Source: Anthoceros angustus (lineage: Eukaryota; Plantae; Anthocerotophyta). Taken from it: a stretch of DNA of 64,000 nucleotides. The notes beneath the pieces were generated by a model. It ran no database searches. It saw only the letters and a program-made list of their open reading frames with translations, and had not been told where the DNA came from. The stretch lies in the NCBI GenBank assembly GCA_010909165.1, contig MU008169.1, forward strand, positions 62,001 to 126,000, in the 5' to 3' direction. The position numbers were made by a program, and so were the translations under genes. This document shows positions 50,663-62,676 of this stretch, piece after piece. Numbering within the stretch: the stretch's first letter is position 1; each line of letters begins with the position of its first letter.

Positions 50663-51980
50663 TTGGATGGAGAGAGGCGCTTCCATGATCCGACTTTCCA
50701 CAGCCATGAATTCGACTTAAGTCGCCTCCGAGCAGATTGTGAGACAATCGTGCTGCTTCGTTTATCAATCCAGTGCGAGGGCGTGGCGAGCCTGAATCAG
50801 GCCGTGCGTGTGGATGAGATTATGGATGATCATGAGCTGGTGGAGGAGGAAATGAAGATCAGCAAGCACCTGCTTCTTGTTGAGATTCGGGATGAGCTGG
50901 TGGAGGCGGAGATGATGGACAGCAAGCAGCTGCAGGAGGTGGTGGAGCAGCAGAAGGAGATGCTGTTCAGGGCGGACACCGAGAAATTCCGACTGCACGA
51001 AACCATTCATCAGCAAATGCAGTTGCTGGCAAAGGCAGACGTCGAGAAATCCGAGATGACTAACAAGGATGGAGGCTGCCGAGAAGGCAAGTAAAAAATC
51101 TGGAGACTAGTGCAGCTGCTGGACGAGAAGCATAGACAAGGTTTGGGCTTTCAAGTTTTTTCACTAACCCAGGCCTGGTTTGGAGAGAATCATGAGCACC
51201 TGGAACCTGTCACCAAAGAAGTGGAAGTTCGGTACAGGTTTCCCGAGGAGCAGCTAAGCCTAACAGAGAAGCATGCACGAGGTTAGATCATGCTTCCACA
51301 AAATTGCAATTCTTGTGGCTTTCGAGCACTGTGCGTACAAACGTTTTTAGAGTGACATAGGGAATCTTGTCTTGCGAAAATTGCAGAATCAGCACAAGAA
51401 CCTGGAGAACGAAATTGAGCAACTAAAGCTGAATCCTACCAAGCACCAACAGATCGAGGTCGAACGATAGCACCTCCAGGAGATGATAGGAACTGAAAGC
51501 TGCTGACACTGACCCAACACCTGGAGAAACTGAAGGACCTTGAAGAAGAGAAAGAGGGGGCATTCGAAACGGTTTACGACTTGGCTGCGCCGTATCGTCA
51601 GTCAGGAGACGAACTGTCTGATGCCAAGGAAGCAGCAGCGAAGGTAAGAGACCTTAGATGTCTCTGTCTGTTAAGTTTGAATATCTGCTTGGAGGCTGGC
51701 GTTTTCCTTTAGCATGCCTGTGGTGTAAGCGACTCGAGACTTTCTTGTATAGGTGCTTCGAGCTATGAACGAGGATATCGAGACGGGCATTGGGGTCAAG
51801 AGGTGTGGCCAGATCGACGAGAGCTGCTGGGAAGATGTAGGTCACGCCCATTCTAACCATCCTGACTGCCAAGCTGAACTTGCAATTTTTAAATAAGATG
51901 AGAATGGGATGACATGATGAAAGAAGCACGACTGGTATCCGTACAAGGAGGTGTTCCTCAACCAGGGGCGAACGAAGGTG
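50663..51980 (+). pseudogene. Coiled-coil plus XH-domain relic (IDN2/FDM-like)
   Basis: E/K/L-rich coiled-coil ORF 50663-51094, then LEKLKDLEEEKE..YRQSGDELSDAKE (cf. KERxSNDELQEAR), GIGVKRCGQIDE at 51786-51821 (cf. IGVKRMGELDE) and W..MM.KHDWYPYK (cf. W..LKxPxWHPFK) at XH-like spacing. Contains stops and frameshifts. Confidence 0.6.
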
Positions 51981-53038
51981 AGGATCTCATGTGGTTTATT
52001 GCGTTCCATGACAAGGGTGTTAACACTGCGTATCGAGCTTGAGTGGATATCCTGCTGTGACTCTGTCTTCAAACTTCCATTCAACCATAGCTAAATGTCA
52101 AACAAACTTCACTTGTAGATAAAACAAGCGTGGCGCCAAAGGATGCATATATGTTGCAGCAGCCCGTCTTTGAGTTGGTCTTCCCGTGGTCATTCCCTCG
52201 TAGGCTCGCGAGAGCCCTCGGGATTGCGTGTGTATGGCATCTGAACACATTATCTGCTTCGCTGTCTGGGGTTCCGGTGGCAGTTTCTATATCCACTTTA
52301 ACGTTGCTACATCTGTAGCTCCCTAAGGTAACCCAAGCACGTCACCAAGCATCAACACTGGTCACCTCGCAACACCACCATTCATTCACCGCACTTATGG
52401 TTCCCCATCCCTCCAGTCGTGTTAGTTATTGCCTTTCTACTATTTGCGTTTGAGTCTCTACATTAGCGTTTTTCAACCCCTAACCCCTTCCATAAGAAAA
52501 TGAAGATAACAAAATTAGTAACTAACAAGATAACAATAATAAATAAGTCTAGTACATAAATAATGAGTCATCTTAAAGCTTCATTTTTTTTCTATGGTAT
52601 TGATAATGTAAATATATCATAAAATTTTCATCCAAAGGTAGGAATAGATGACAACAAAGATATGAAAGATGAAAGATGAAAAAAGAGACATGACCTTCCC
52701 GGCTTGGATATTGGATCTCCAAAATGCTCAATTTTTCTCACTGCATATTTTTTTATATATCTAAGTACTCCTCTCCTAGTGCTTGGTTTTTCTCAATATG
52801 TTTTTAGTTATATTTATCATTATCGAAGTTAAATAATTTTGTAACCAATAAAACTTCTATATATGTATGCAAAGACAAAGTAATCTTGAAATCTTCTATG
52901 CTCATTACGCCTTTCACTTAGACATTCATAGTAAGAGTATTGTTTGCATATTTGAAATTAGAATTAGTTAGTTTTTATATTTTATATTTTATTGTATTTA
53001 CTTATAATATCTTATGATTTGATGTGCTAGCATTCAAG

Positions 53039-54289
53039 ATGGAGGCGAAGAGTTTGGAACAAGGAGACGATAACAGAATATTGCATACAAGCTGTCCTAC
53101 TTGTGGGACTCCATGTCCCAAGTGCCAAGATCAAGCTATCAAATACCACAAAGCAAATTCACACCCAGTGAGTGTCCTTGACTAATTGAAATATGTGTTG
53201 TGCAAGATTTTTAACTTATTGCATTTTTTCTTATTTGAGTATACATTTGTTACTTGAGCAATTTGCCTTAAGGTTTTAGGTATCTAAATCTTGATTAGAA
53301 TGTGACCCTCTTTTGTTTCAGGACAAAGATTTAAACTCGTTAAACTATGGATGGATAACGGTGAAAGTTATATATAAAAATAGTTCCAATATGGACCTGG
53401 AGAAAACCAAGTCTAACTATGATTTTGAAGCAACTAGTACTGATTATGATTCTAAAGCAACTACAGAAGACAAGACGTACCACTCGAAAGCAATTGTAGC
53501 TTGGAGGAGGGAAGAAGCAACGACTGGAGCTATAAAGAGACAGAGATCATATGGTCTTCTTCCACACACCAACAAAGTGCAGAAGGTGTATTCCAAGGCT
53601 CCTTTGGGAAGGGTGAGTAAACATGATCTCTTTGAATATGACACAAATACAATTTTTTTTATACTTCTTTGATTTTGCTTTAGCTTCATATTACAGCAAA
53701 ACGTGATGTCAAAGTCTTTTTCTTTCTTTTAGGCCAAGGATTTGATCGAATCTAGGCAATCAAAGCTTAAGGAAGGTATGGTAAACGTTATATACTGTAT
53801 TGTGCCTCTATCATAAATTGAATGAAATTGAAGTTTGATTTGAACTCAAATGTTACTTTCATAGATGCAACAATTGAAGCTAGGAGCAATGAAGAAGCCA
53901 GAAGGGGAGAAGAGAAGAAATCAGAACAAAGATCATTGATGAAGAAAGCATCTGAAGTTTTTCCTGCTCGCGAGATTTGGGTTCCTGTTCCTCGTGACCT
54001 TAACATTGTTCTTGCCCCTCAATACGCTTTAGCGAAAGGAGAAGGGGCACCTTTTGCTCCTATGGGATGGAAGTGGGCAACCGGTTCTAGGACGAATACC
54101 AACAATACACTTTGGAAAGACCGTTATCTACAACCTACCAAAGATTTTCTGGAAATCTATGGAGGAAAGCATGAAGTGATAAGGAGCAAGAAGGCCTTAG
54201 CAGAATACATCTCCAAGTACCATAATGATGTTTCCATCAAAGATGTTATGACATCCTTCGTTTGGAATATTCCTATTAAGTTTAAGTAG
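53039..54289 (+). CDS. MBD-like protein copy B (about 295 aa); exons 53039-53167, 53322-53612, 53733-53775, 53865-54289
   Basis: Same 4-exon structure and phases as copy A, totalling 888 nt. Contains CPTCGTPCPKC and APMGWKWATGSRTNTNNTLWKDRYLQP..IRSKKALAEYI. Confidence 0.7.
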
Positions 54290-55601
54290 TAGATCCAGAA
54301 GCCTTTATGAATTGGAACATTTGTTCCTACTAAGCTTAAGTAGATCTAGATGACTTTATGAACTGGAACATTTATTCCTACTAAACTTAAGTAGATCTAG
54401 ATAACTTTATGAACAAGGATGTTCCTGCTAAGCTTCACGCCTATATTTTCACCCCTATTTTTCGAAAAATTCGGGTGTTCAGGTTTTTTATTTTTTTTGT
54501 AAGCGCTGTTGTCAGCCATAAATGCTGAGAAAATAGGGTAGTGGCAAGCTCTTGGTCGGCTTTCCAACAAGGGTCTAGTTACTTTCAGCGGAGCACAACT
54601 GCAGTTCCGAGTCCTGAAGAAACCTGCCTGGAGTTTCTCTCGGGATGGCCTTCTTGGGCCTGGTTGCAATGTTCTCGGCACATCTTCAGTCACAAATCAC
54701 ATACAACGATACAGGAGCAAGACTACTAGTCCCCATTCAGAAACCAAGGAAATCCAAAGCACAATGCAAGAGACATTCTGAGAGAGACGACATAGCACTT
54801 CACAAAAAGTCCCGCCATGGCATCTCGCTTCTATGCAATCTAACAATGGATCATCCTAACTTCGTTCCTCCTGCATATACATGCCCGACTACACATGGTC
54901 TAGGCCGCGCATGCCAAGCTCCTCTCTCACTGTCCAATTCAGGACACGAAATCTTGGTCAAGCCAGATAACTGTGGAAACCTGTAAGCCCTGGGTTGAGT
55001 CGTTGGAATACCGCAGGAGACTTCGCTTTGATCCATTATACTGCGACAGCTATGTGCACGGGCAAGTTTGCTTGCACTGAGTGCTATTGTAGTAAGAACC
55101 TTTGAGCAAACTAAACACATTTAATTCGTTTCGCAGGATTGCAGCAGAGCAAGCTTGTCGCAAGGTTCTGGCGCATGCGTGGAAGATCTCTTCCTTGTCA
55201 GTACTTTCAGGTGGTAGTCAATTAGGTTGGATGCTGCTAGTTCGCTGTATGACTTGTTGCGGTCAGACCGCTGTTTAGTTCATCCGTTCCTTTGCGTTGT
55301 GCACAGAGCTATGTCGGTTGCACTTCCTTACTGGGTAGATCTTGCTGAGCACACTGATCTTTGTGCTGAGGCTGAAATGTTATATATGTAGTGTGCAATG
55401 GTTGTCCGTTGATTCTAGGTCTTGCAAATCGGATTGAATAATCTAGCAACATTATGTTATAGTGTGCAGGCAAGAGAATACTGATGAATCCGTAGCAAAC
55501 TTGCATTGTGTTCCTGGCTAGTTGAAGCAGCAACAAAGAAGCATCAGACTCTGCAGATTATAGCATCCCGACTATCGTGAGGGCGTTCGGAGCAAACGTC
55601 C

Positions 55602-58311
55602 TCACGATTGAGATGAATCTGACTTCAAGTTTTCTATCTCCACACAAGACCTTAGGCTACCCGATCTGGAATCATGCCATTCTGTCTCAGAGGCCGAGGC
55701 ATCTGTTCCATCTGTTTCCAAACTTCCTGACTCAAGGTCCTCCACTGAGTAATCTTGGGAATCGTGAAATGTTCGATCCTTCATAGAACGAAGAGGACCC
55801 AATTGCATCAGGCCCAAGTCCCTGAGTTGTTGCACTACCTGGGCCATGGACGGTCTGCCTTGACCACTAGTCTTGACGCACCACAAAGAAAGCTTGATCA
55901 GCTCGGTAAATTCGTAGTCGTTACACGAATCCCTCAAATTAGGATCACACAGCTGTAGGATCTGTCCTGCTTTCGAGGCTTGCCGAACCTGGATAGGGCT
56001 ACCGAATTGTTAGGGCTCTGATTGGGAGCATGTCCAAGAAATCGCTAGCTGTTATACGAGCGACTAGAGGCTTACCAGTTGGCCGATGAACACATGATCC
56101 TTTGGGTCAGTCGGGTGTCTTGCTGTGAGTATCTCCATAAGCAGAACACCAAACGCATACACATCGCTTTTGTCTGTGAGCATTCTTGTTTGGGAGTACC
56201 TGTAGGCAGGATAATGATCAAAATGCGGAAGCAGGGTAACGTATGGCGATTTTACCACTAGTCTGCAACGGTGGAAGGCGAAGCTTACTCTGGATCCAGA
56301 TACCCGAAGGTCCCTTTCACTGCAGTTGTAATATGAGTAGCATCTGGTTCGACTGCTACCAGTTTGGAGACGCCGAAGTCTGCCACTTTGGCACACAGCT
56401 TGTCATCCAGAAGAATGTTGTTACTCTTCACATCACGATGGAAAATGGCTGGCCTACATCCGTGATGTAGATACTCCAGACCTGTACATGATTACATACA
56501 TCTATGAGCCGACAGTACATCACATCACCATGTCCATCCAGCCCGTGCCTTGCGTTTCCACACGACCAAGTCACCTGCCCGCAACTGTACCTACCTTCTG
56601 CAACTTGCATCAGTATCCTTGTCCTATCGTTCCAGCTCAATGGTTGGGACACAGCAGTATCTCCTGAGAAACAAGTTGCGATGGTTAGACATGCCGTCTT
56701 GCCTTCTTCAACACTAACCCCATATATGTTTCTGCAAATCAAGTTACCATGTAGTCTCTGTTGGAGGTCCCCTCCGCTCATGTATTCGTACACGAGTATC
56801 TTAGTTTTCCGTGCGACGCAGTAACCCACAAGGGAGACAAGGTACTGGTGATGCACCACAGACAGCAGCTTGATCTGCACATCCATGTCGGTATCTGTGT
56901 TTGAATCGGACCCCGTACGTACAGCGGTCCCTTTAGAACTTCAAAAGCAACTTCCTGCAAAGAGCATTCATGGTACACGAGGCTCACCTCATTGTAAAAC
57001 TCATCGTTGCCTTGGCTAGAAATCGCTGATAACACCTTGACAGCAACTTCGCGCCCATCTGCCAGCTTCCCATAATACACCGGCCCAAAGCCACCTTTAC
57101 CGAGCTTCTTCGCAAATCTGTTTGTAGCTTGCCGAATCATAGCTAGCGACAACGACAGGCATCTCCCTCCATCTTCAATCAACTCAATCGATAGATGCTT
57201 GCCTGCTGGATTAAAAACACCTACAAGATCGACAGCATCCCACCATGTGCTACATCAGCACAATCAGTCGGGACGTTGTAAGGCGAGGAGCATTTGGTGA
57301 TGGGTTGTCCTCACCTAAACAACAACCATAATACAAGGCCAATCCCCACACCAGCGCCCCGACCGCAACACAAATGATGACGACACCAGTAAGCACCCCA
57401 GCGAGCAAAACCAGGGAGGAGCGTGAGCCATGATCTTCCGCAGGGTGCGTAGTCCAAATGGCCTCCTCCAGCTGCAGGCTGTTGAAGATGGACACATTCC
57501 CCTTCACGTCCATATACAGCACATAGCTATCAACGGAAGGCGGGCCACTCGCATTGCTGGCCCACGCCACCCCGCCCGCGCTCCCTAGTGCCTCCAGATT
57601 CCCGTTCTCCCGCAACACAACGGCCTGGCAAGCCTCCCCTTCCGGCAGCCTGCTATAGTTGCTGGACCACACGACCGAGTTCGACAGCGAGAGCTCCAGG
57701 AAGCAGCTGGAATTGAGCGCCAGGCTGAAATCCCCGTAGCTCAAGGTATTACCCACAGGCAGCTGGTACCCAGCAAGCATGTATATCACCGAGCTCTGCG
57801 TCACCCAGTCCTGGATCGGGACAGAATTGAATCCCGGCCCAGGCAACGACTCATTCGGGACCACGGAATAGAGGTCTTGGCCGGTCTTGGCCAGCAGCTT
57901 GATGCTCAGCTTGCCGGTGGCGTCGAGCATGAGGAAATTCCCGTTCCCCGTATCCCCTTTGGACTCCCATATCACCGAGCCTCCCGAGCTCTGGTTGTAG
58001 AGGTCCAGGTTCCCGCTGCCCTGCAGCTTTGCTATGCAGCCCGTTCCCTGCCCCCCTGTCCCGGTCTCCCAGACCTTGGTCCGCGTCCCCTCATACAGCA
58101 CCAGGTTGCAGTCCTCCTGCACCACCAGGGTGTAGTTCCCCGCCTGCAGGTAGTGGGTGCTGTCCAGGGTGTTGAGGCAGCCGAGAATGCTCATCCCCCG
58201 CACCCCCACCACTGCTCCCTGCAGCCCCAGCAGCCCCAGCAGCAGCAGCAGCAGCAGCAGCAGGCTCCCTGCAGCCCCTGCTGCTGCTGCTGCCCTCACA
58301 GGCACTCGCAT
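55602..58311 (-). CDS. Second double bulb-lectin receptor-like kinase, paralog of 42519-45247
   Basis: Poly-Leu signal peptide (CTG repeat), [41 protein letters not shown] and KSDVYAFGV; same exon layout. Start placed at MRVPV (58311), although the ORF track extends to 58350. Confidence 0.9.
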
Positions 58312-59290
58312 GCTAGATCGCGGCTGGGAACGAGCACCAAACAGAGTCACACCTTGCTGCGTTCTGACATCGCGGGGTCCCGGGCAGAGGCCGGCCGACC
58401 CAGTCCGGCAGTCTCACCGACGCATGGGGGCCTCGGCAGTCTGGAGGCATGCACTTTGGGAAGGCTGCCCGCTGCAGGTAGCTTGAAGGGTGAGACGATC
58501 GTCGAGACGACTCAAACGAGGAGCCAGGAACGACAAACGAACTTTCCGATCAGGCTGATCTGCTGCCGGCCGAATACGGAGACAGTACTCTCGGTCCGAG
58601 TAGCACCCAGGACTGCCCGGAGCCCACGTGTGCTGCTCAGCCTCAACGCGCACCACAGTTCCTCTCCCCCCAGTCCTACCGGTTGGCGGCAGCTTTTTCT
58701 GGTTTCTTGCCACGCTGGTTCTTGGGCACCACCTAGTCGTCCTGGGCGTGCTCGGCACGCCGAGGATCCATGGCCTCGCTACATGCTTGTCCCCACACGG
58801 TGAAGGTGAAGGACATTTTACAAAAGCACGGGGCCACAGTCACGGACGGACACGTACAAACTACATATGTCTACACGCACAGACATGTGCTGCTTTGGGT
58901 TTCCTTCCTTGCAATGTGGCGATCTTGGGCTGGCAGACTTGAGGATGAAGCTTCTGTTTTCTGAGTTTCCAACGTGGGACGTGCCGTACCAGAGACAGCT
59001 AGACTGTACAGCGCCTGCGCTGATATTTCGCCTGGGCCAGGCTCCAAAGGATAGATGCACACCTCAGCCTCTCAGCCCAGCCCTCATAAATCGACTTCAG
59101 CTTCAACCCAGGTCGGTGGACGAGTTGATGCTAGGTCGAATTAGTGGAGTCGACTCACCACACAAGGGCATATAGGAATGCAATTTGAGTGCAAGGTTAG
59201 CGTGTTGACGTTGCGATGCATTGCCTGCCTGACACCCTGATTTGTCAACCTCGGCGATGCATTGCTGGGCAGCTTCTGGGTGAGATGCAT

Positions 59291-59335
59291 TTGCATCACG
59301 GCTGTAGGTCAGCCATTGTCCATGGTGATGTCAAG
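59291..59335 (+). pseudogene. Orphan kinase subdomain VIb fragment
   Basis: LHHGCRSAIVHGDVK resembles [15 protein letters not shown] of the neighbouring RLKs, but on the opposite strand. Confidence 0.55.
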
Positions 59336-59912
59336 GTGACGGCAATGTCGCTGACTTGGCCCCTCACGTCTAAAATGGTCCACCCTGGGCGCTGCCTATT
59401 ACCGAGGCTCCTCATGCTGTCATCACTGCCAAGTCTCGAAGCCCACGCAAAAAGGCCGGTGTTTATGCGTTGGGTGGTATGTCACAGCAAGATCTTCGAA
59501 TGATCCCGAAGATGGTGGCTTCTTGGGTATTGCCATCCACTTCGGATGCACCTCAACCGCTGCCATTCCCTCATCCTAGACTCGTGTGAGTTCTGCTGCC
59601 TGCTGGTCACTCTTTCCCTGAGGTAAAGAACGTCCTTCCACGGCTCCGGTGGTGCAAAACTGTGAGAGACAGACACAGGCTTCGTGGAATGTGCTCCTCT
59701 CCACTACTTGCCCCAACTTCCACGTCCGTCACGAGCCTGATCCCGAGTAATAAGACTGCGATACTTACGCTGAGGAAGGAAAGCTCTCGCTGCGTCTAGG
59801 TCTTGGGTAGCCGAGAGCCGAAAGCCAGGTCACAAGTACCGCACAAACTCGAACTCCTCCACCGCGAATCGTGTATTGCAACTGTAGTAGCAGCATTAGT
59901 GGACGATGTGCT

Positions 59913-62676
59913 ATGATTTTCCGCCAAGCGCGAAGCCTTCCAGACCAGCTTGGATTGAAATTGAGCGTTCGATGCTGGCAAACAAGTCTAAGGGTGGATT
60001 TAAACCTAAGGTTTATGAGCACCACTGCTCCCGCTCCCGCTCCCTGCTGGGAACTGTGCAGGTGACTTGATCAGGTTTTGCACAGCCCACAACAGATCCC
60101 GGGCTGTGGCTTCGATGGGTAGTCGACCGGCAAGTCTGGAGTTTTACTGATCTCCGATCGGGTGCCGAAGTGGGAGGAAGCTGCGCATCTCCACACCGAG
60201 CCAGTGGGCAATGGATGGTGGAGTCCGAACTGCAGCTCAGAAAACAGCACTGTGATGGGCTTGACATACCTTCCTCACAGGACTCCTCAGCCCGTGGTGG
60301 CAGCTGTGACAATCAACCCTTCTGGCCCGATGCCTGCGCAGGAAACCAGTACCAAACGGGACTACCTTTTCATCGTCAATCCCAACGGTAGGTGCCCGTC
60401 TTCTCCTCTTTGATGTCTTGCCCATCTCCTCCTTGCCCCAGCGCTTCCTCCTCCTGCTCAAAATGCAAACCCACCTCATGCGTGCTTTTAGCTCCCAAGG
60501 TCTCTTCGTTGCTTCAGGGAATTTTCGCACGGAATGAATTGGGCTGGATCCGTGTTCCAGAATCCCAAGTTTTGTGCTGGGCTGATCGTCGACTGTATGC
60601 ATGTAGGTGCCAACGGGTATACTGGGAAAGAATGGAAGCGCATTTTCCCCAAGCTCCAGTCCCGGTTGGGGAGTGACTGGAATGTGAGCTCTGGCAGACC
60701 CAATTCCTTTTACCTGTAGCCGAGCTTGAAGTTCTTGCTGCATGGCACCTAACCTTTGTCCCCTGTACTGGATTCAGGTGTGTCAAGCTTTCACGTCCGG
60801 CCCTTCTCATGCTGTTGAGATTGCTCGAGAGGTAAGGGCGTCCCCTCTCTTTCAACTTTCTTACCCGACGAGTACTGATGACTGACTACGTTGCTTCTGG
60901 CCACTTCCTTGCTGCATTGCTCATCGCAGGCAGTACAAGATGGAGCAGCTGCAGTGATTGCTGTAGGAGGTGATGGAACACTGCATGAGGTTTGTTGTAA
61001 ACCTAAGAATCCAGCTGTTAAAAGTTCCATCTAACACAGCAGGCAGGAGTGCTCGTTTCCCCTTCTGCAAGGTTTTCAGGGCTTGCAGAGTGGCAATGAG
61101 TAGACATGTGGACCTACCCTCTGCTTCTTGATCAGGTTCTCAACGGTTTTTTTGCGGATGGAAAGCTGGTTCAACCTAAAGAGCTATCTCAGCCTAGGAC
61201 TGCTCTTGGGGTAAGGCTCGCAAATCGTTAGCTGCATGCAATCCTAAGACGTGAAACCATGGGATGTGTTTGGTTCAATGTGGAAAACTAATTCCAGGAT
61301 TTTACACTGCAGCTTATCCCATTGGGTACTGGCTCTGACTTTGCAAGAACCTTTGGCTGGTGTGTATCCTTCCCCTGGCTGTTCCTCTTGGGACGGCGCC
61401 CATGTGCCTTTTTGAGGTGTTGGATCTCTAGAATCTGGGCAAGCTCTTGATGCCAAGGATTTGTCGACATTGTTTGATTCTGTCTAACAGGAAGAATGAT
61501 CCCTATCAGGCCATTGACCGTATAGCAAAAGGTATGGAAAGTATGATAGATTGGTGTGCCGATCAGGCCAGGTTTCTCCAACGTGCTTCTTCTGTCAGCA
61601 CAAGGGCCGTTGTTCCTGACGATACTGAAACCTCTTGCAATAGAAACGATTTCAAACTTTGCCAGTTGCTGAGCTGTTGGATCCTGCTTTGCAGGTCAGC
61701 GGCGCAAAATAGATGTAGGTCGTGTTGTATATGGCGATAATCTTGCCCGTTACTTTCTGAATGTTGCTGACGTGCATTTGTAAGTTGGAGCTGTTCTCTT
61801 CCCCCATGAAAAAAGGTTTCTTTATGATAGTCGTGTGGCTGGAGAGTTGCTGTCATATCGTGAATGAATGCTTCTTAATGTTGGTTGGCGGCTGGAGAGT
61901 GACAGCTTCCATAACAATATCGTGTGCAGGAGTGCAAAGGCTGGATTCTATGCTGCGAAATGGAAAAGGTTTGGCAATTTTTGCTACGTGATTGGTGCTT
62001 TGCAAGGGTTTGTTGGCCATCAGAACCGGGACCTGAACGTCAGAGTAAGGCCCCGCTCCGTGAAGGCTGATTGAATACCCTTCCTCGACAAACAAATTCT
62101 GATAGCTTGCTTTTCGTGCTGACAACAGATAAATGGTGGGGAGTGGCACGTGGTCCCCAAGGTAACAGCGATAGCAATAGGCAACGCACGATTCTTTGGA
62201 GGAGGGATGAAAATCACTCCCACTGCTGATCCTTTCAGTGGTTCCTTAGAGGTACTATAATCTCTTCAAGACTCCAGACTTCTTTTCCTACATGAAAGAC
62301 GGTGGATCGGAATGGTTGTTTACTCATCTGTGCGCTGTAATGGATTCTCAAGGTGGTTACGTTGCGGAATTTCAAGTGGTACGATTTCGTGCTTCGGCTG
62401 TACAAGCTGTACCAAGGAACGCATGTTGAACTGAGAAACGTGTCTGTGCAGAGGTATGTGGAATCCGGTCCTTAGCACTACTGCTGTACAGCTTGAGGTG
62501 TATGCCCTTCTCTCAACCGTCTTCTTGTTGCCTGCAGTGTCCATACCATCGAGATAGAGGAGGCTAGTGACCGTGAAAACCTAAGCGAGACGTTTGTGCA
62601 AGCGGATGGTGAATATTTAGGGTATCTGCAAGCCACTTTCTCAGTTATTCCAGGCTCCGTGGATTTCCTTGTGTAG
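59913..62676 (+). CDS. LCBK2: Sphingoid long-chain base kinase 2-like (DAGK catalytic family), multi-exon, probable organellar targeting peptide
   Basis: [11 protein letters not shown]|[106 protein letters not shown] and VQADGEYLG. Stop at 62676. The first exon (59913-60061, intron to 60280) is less certain. Confidence 0.85.

Noticed and set aside
57877-58803. 308-aa plus-strand ORF with poly-Q
   Set aside because: It is the antisense shadow of the GC-rich RLK first exon; the poly-Q is the complement of the poly-Leu signal peptide.
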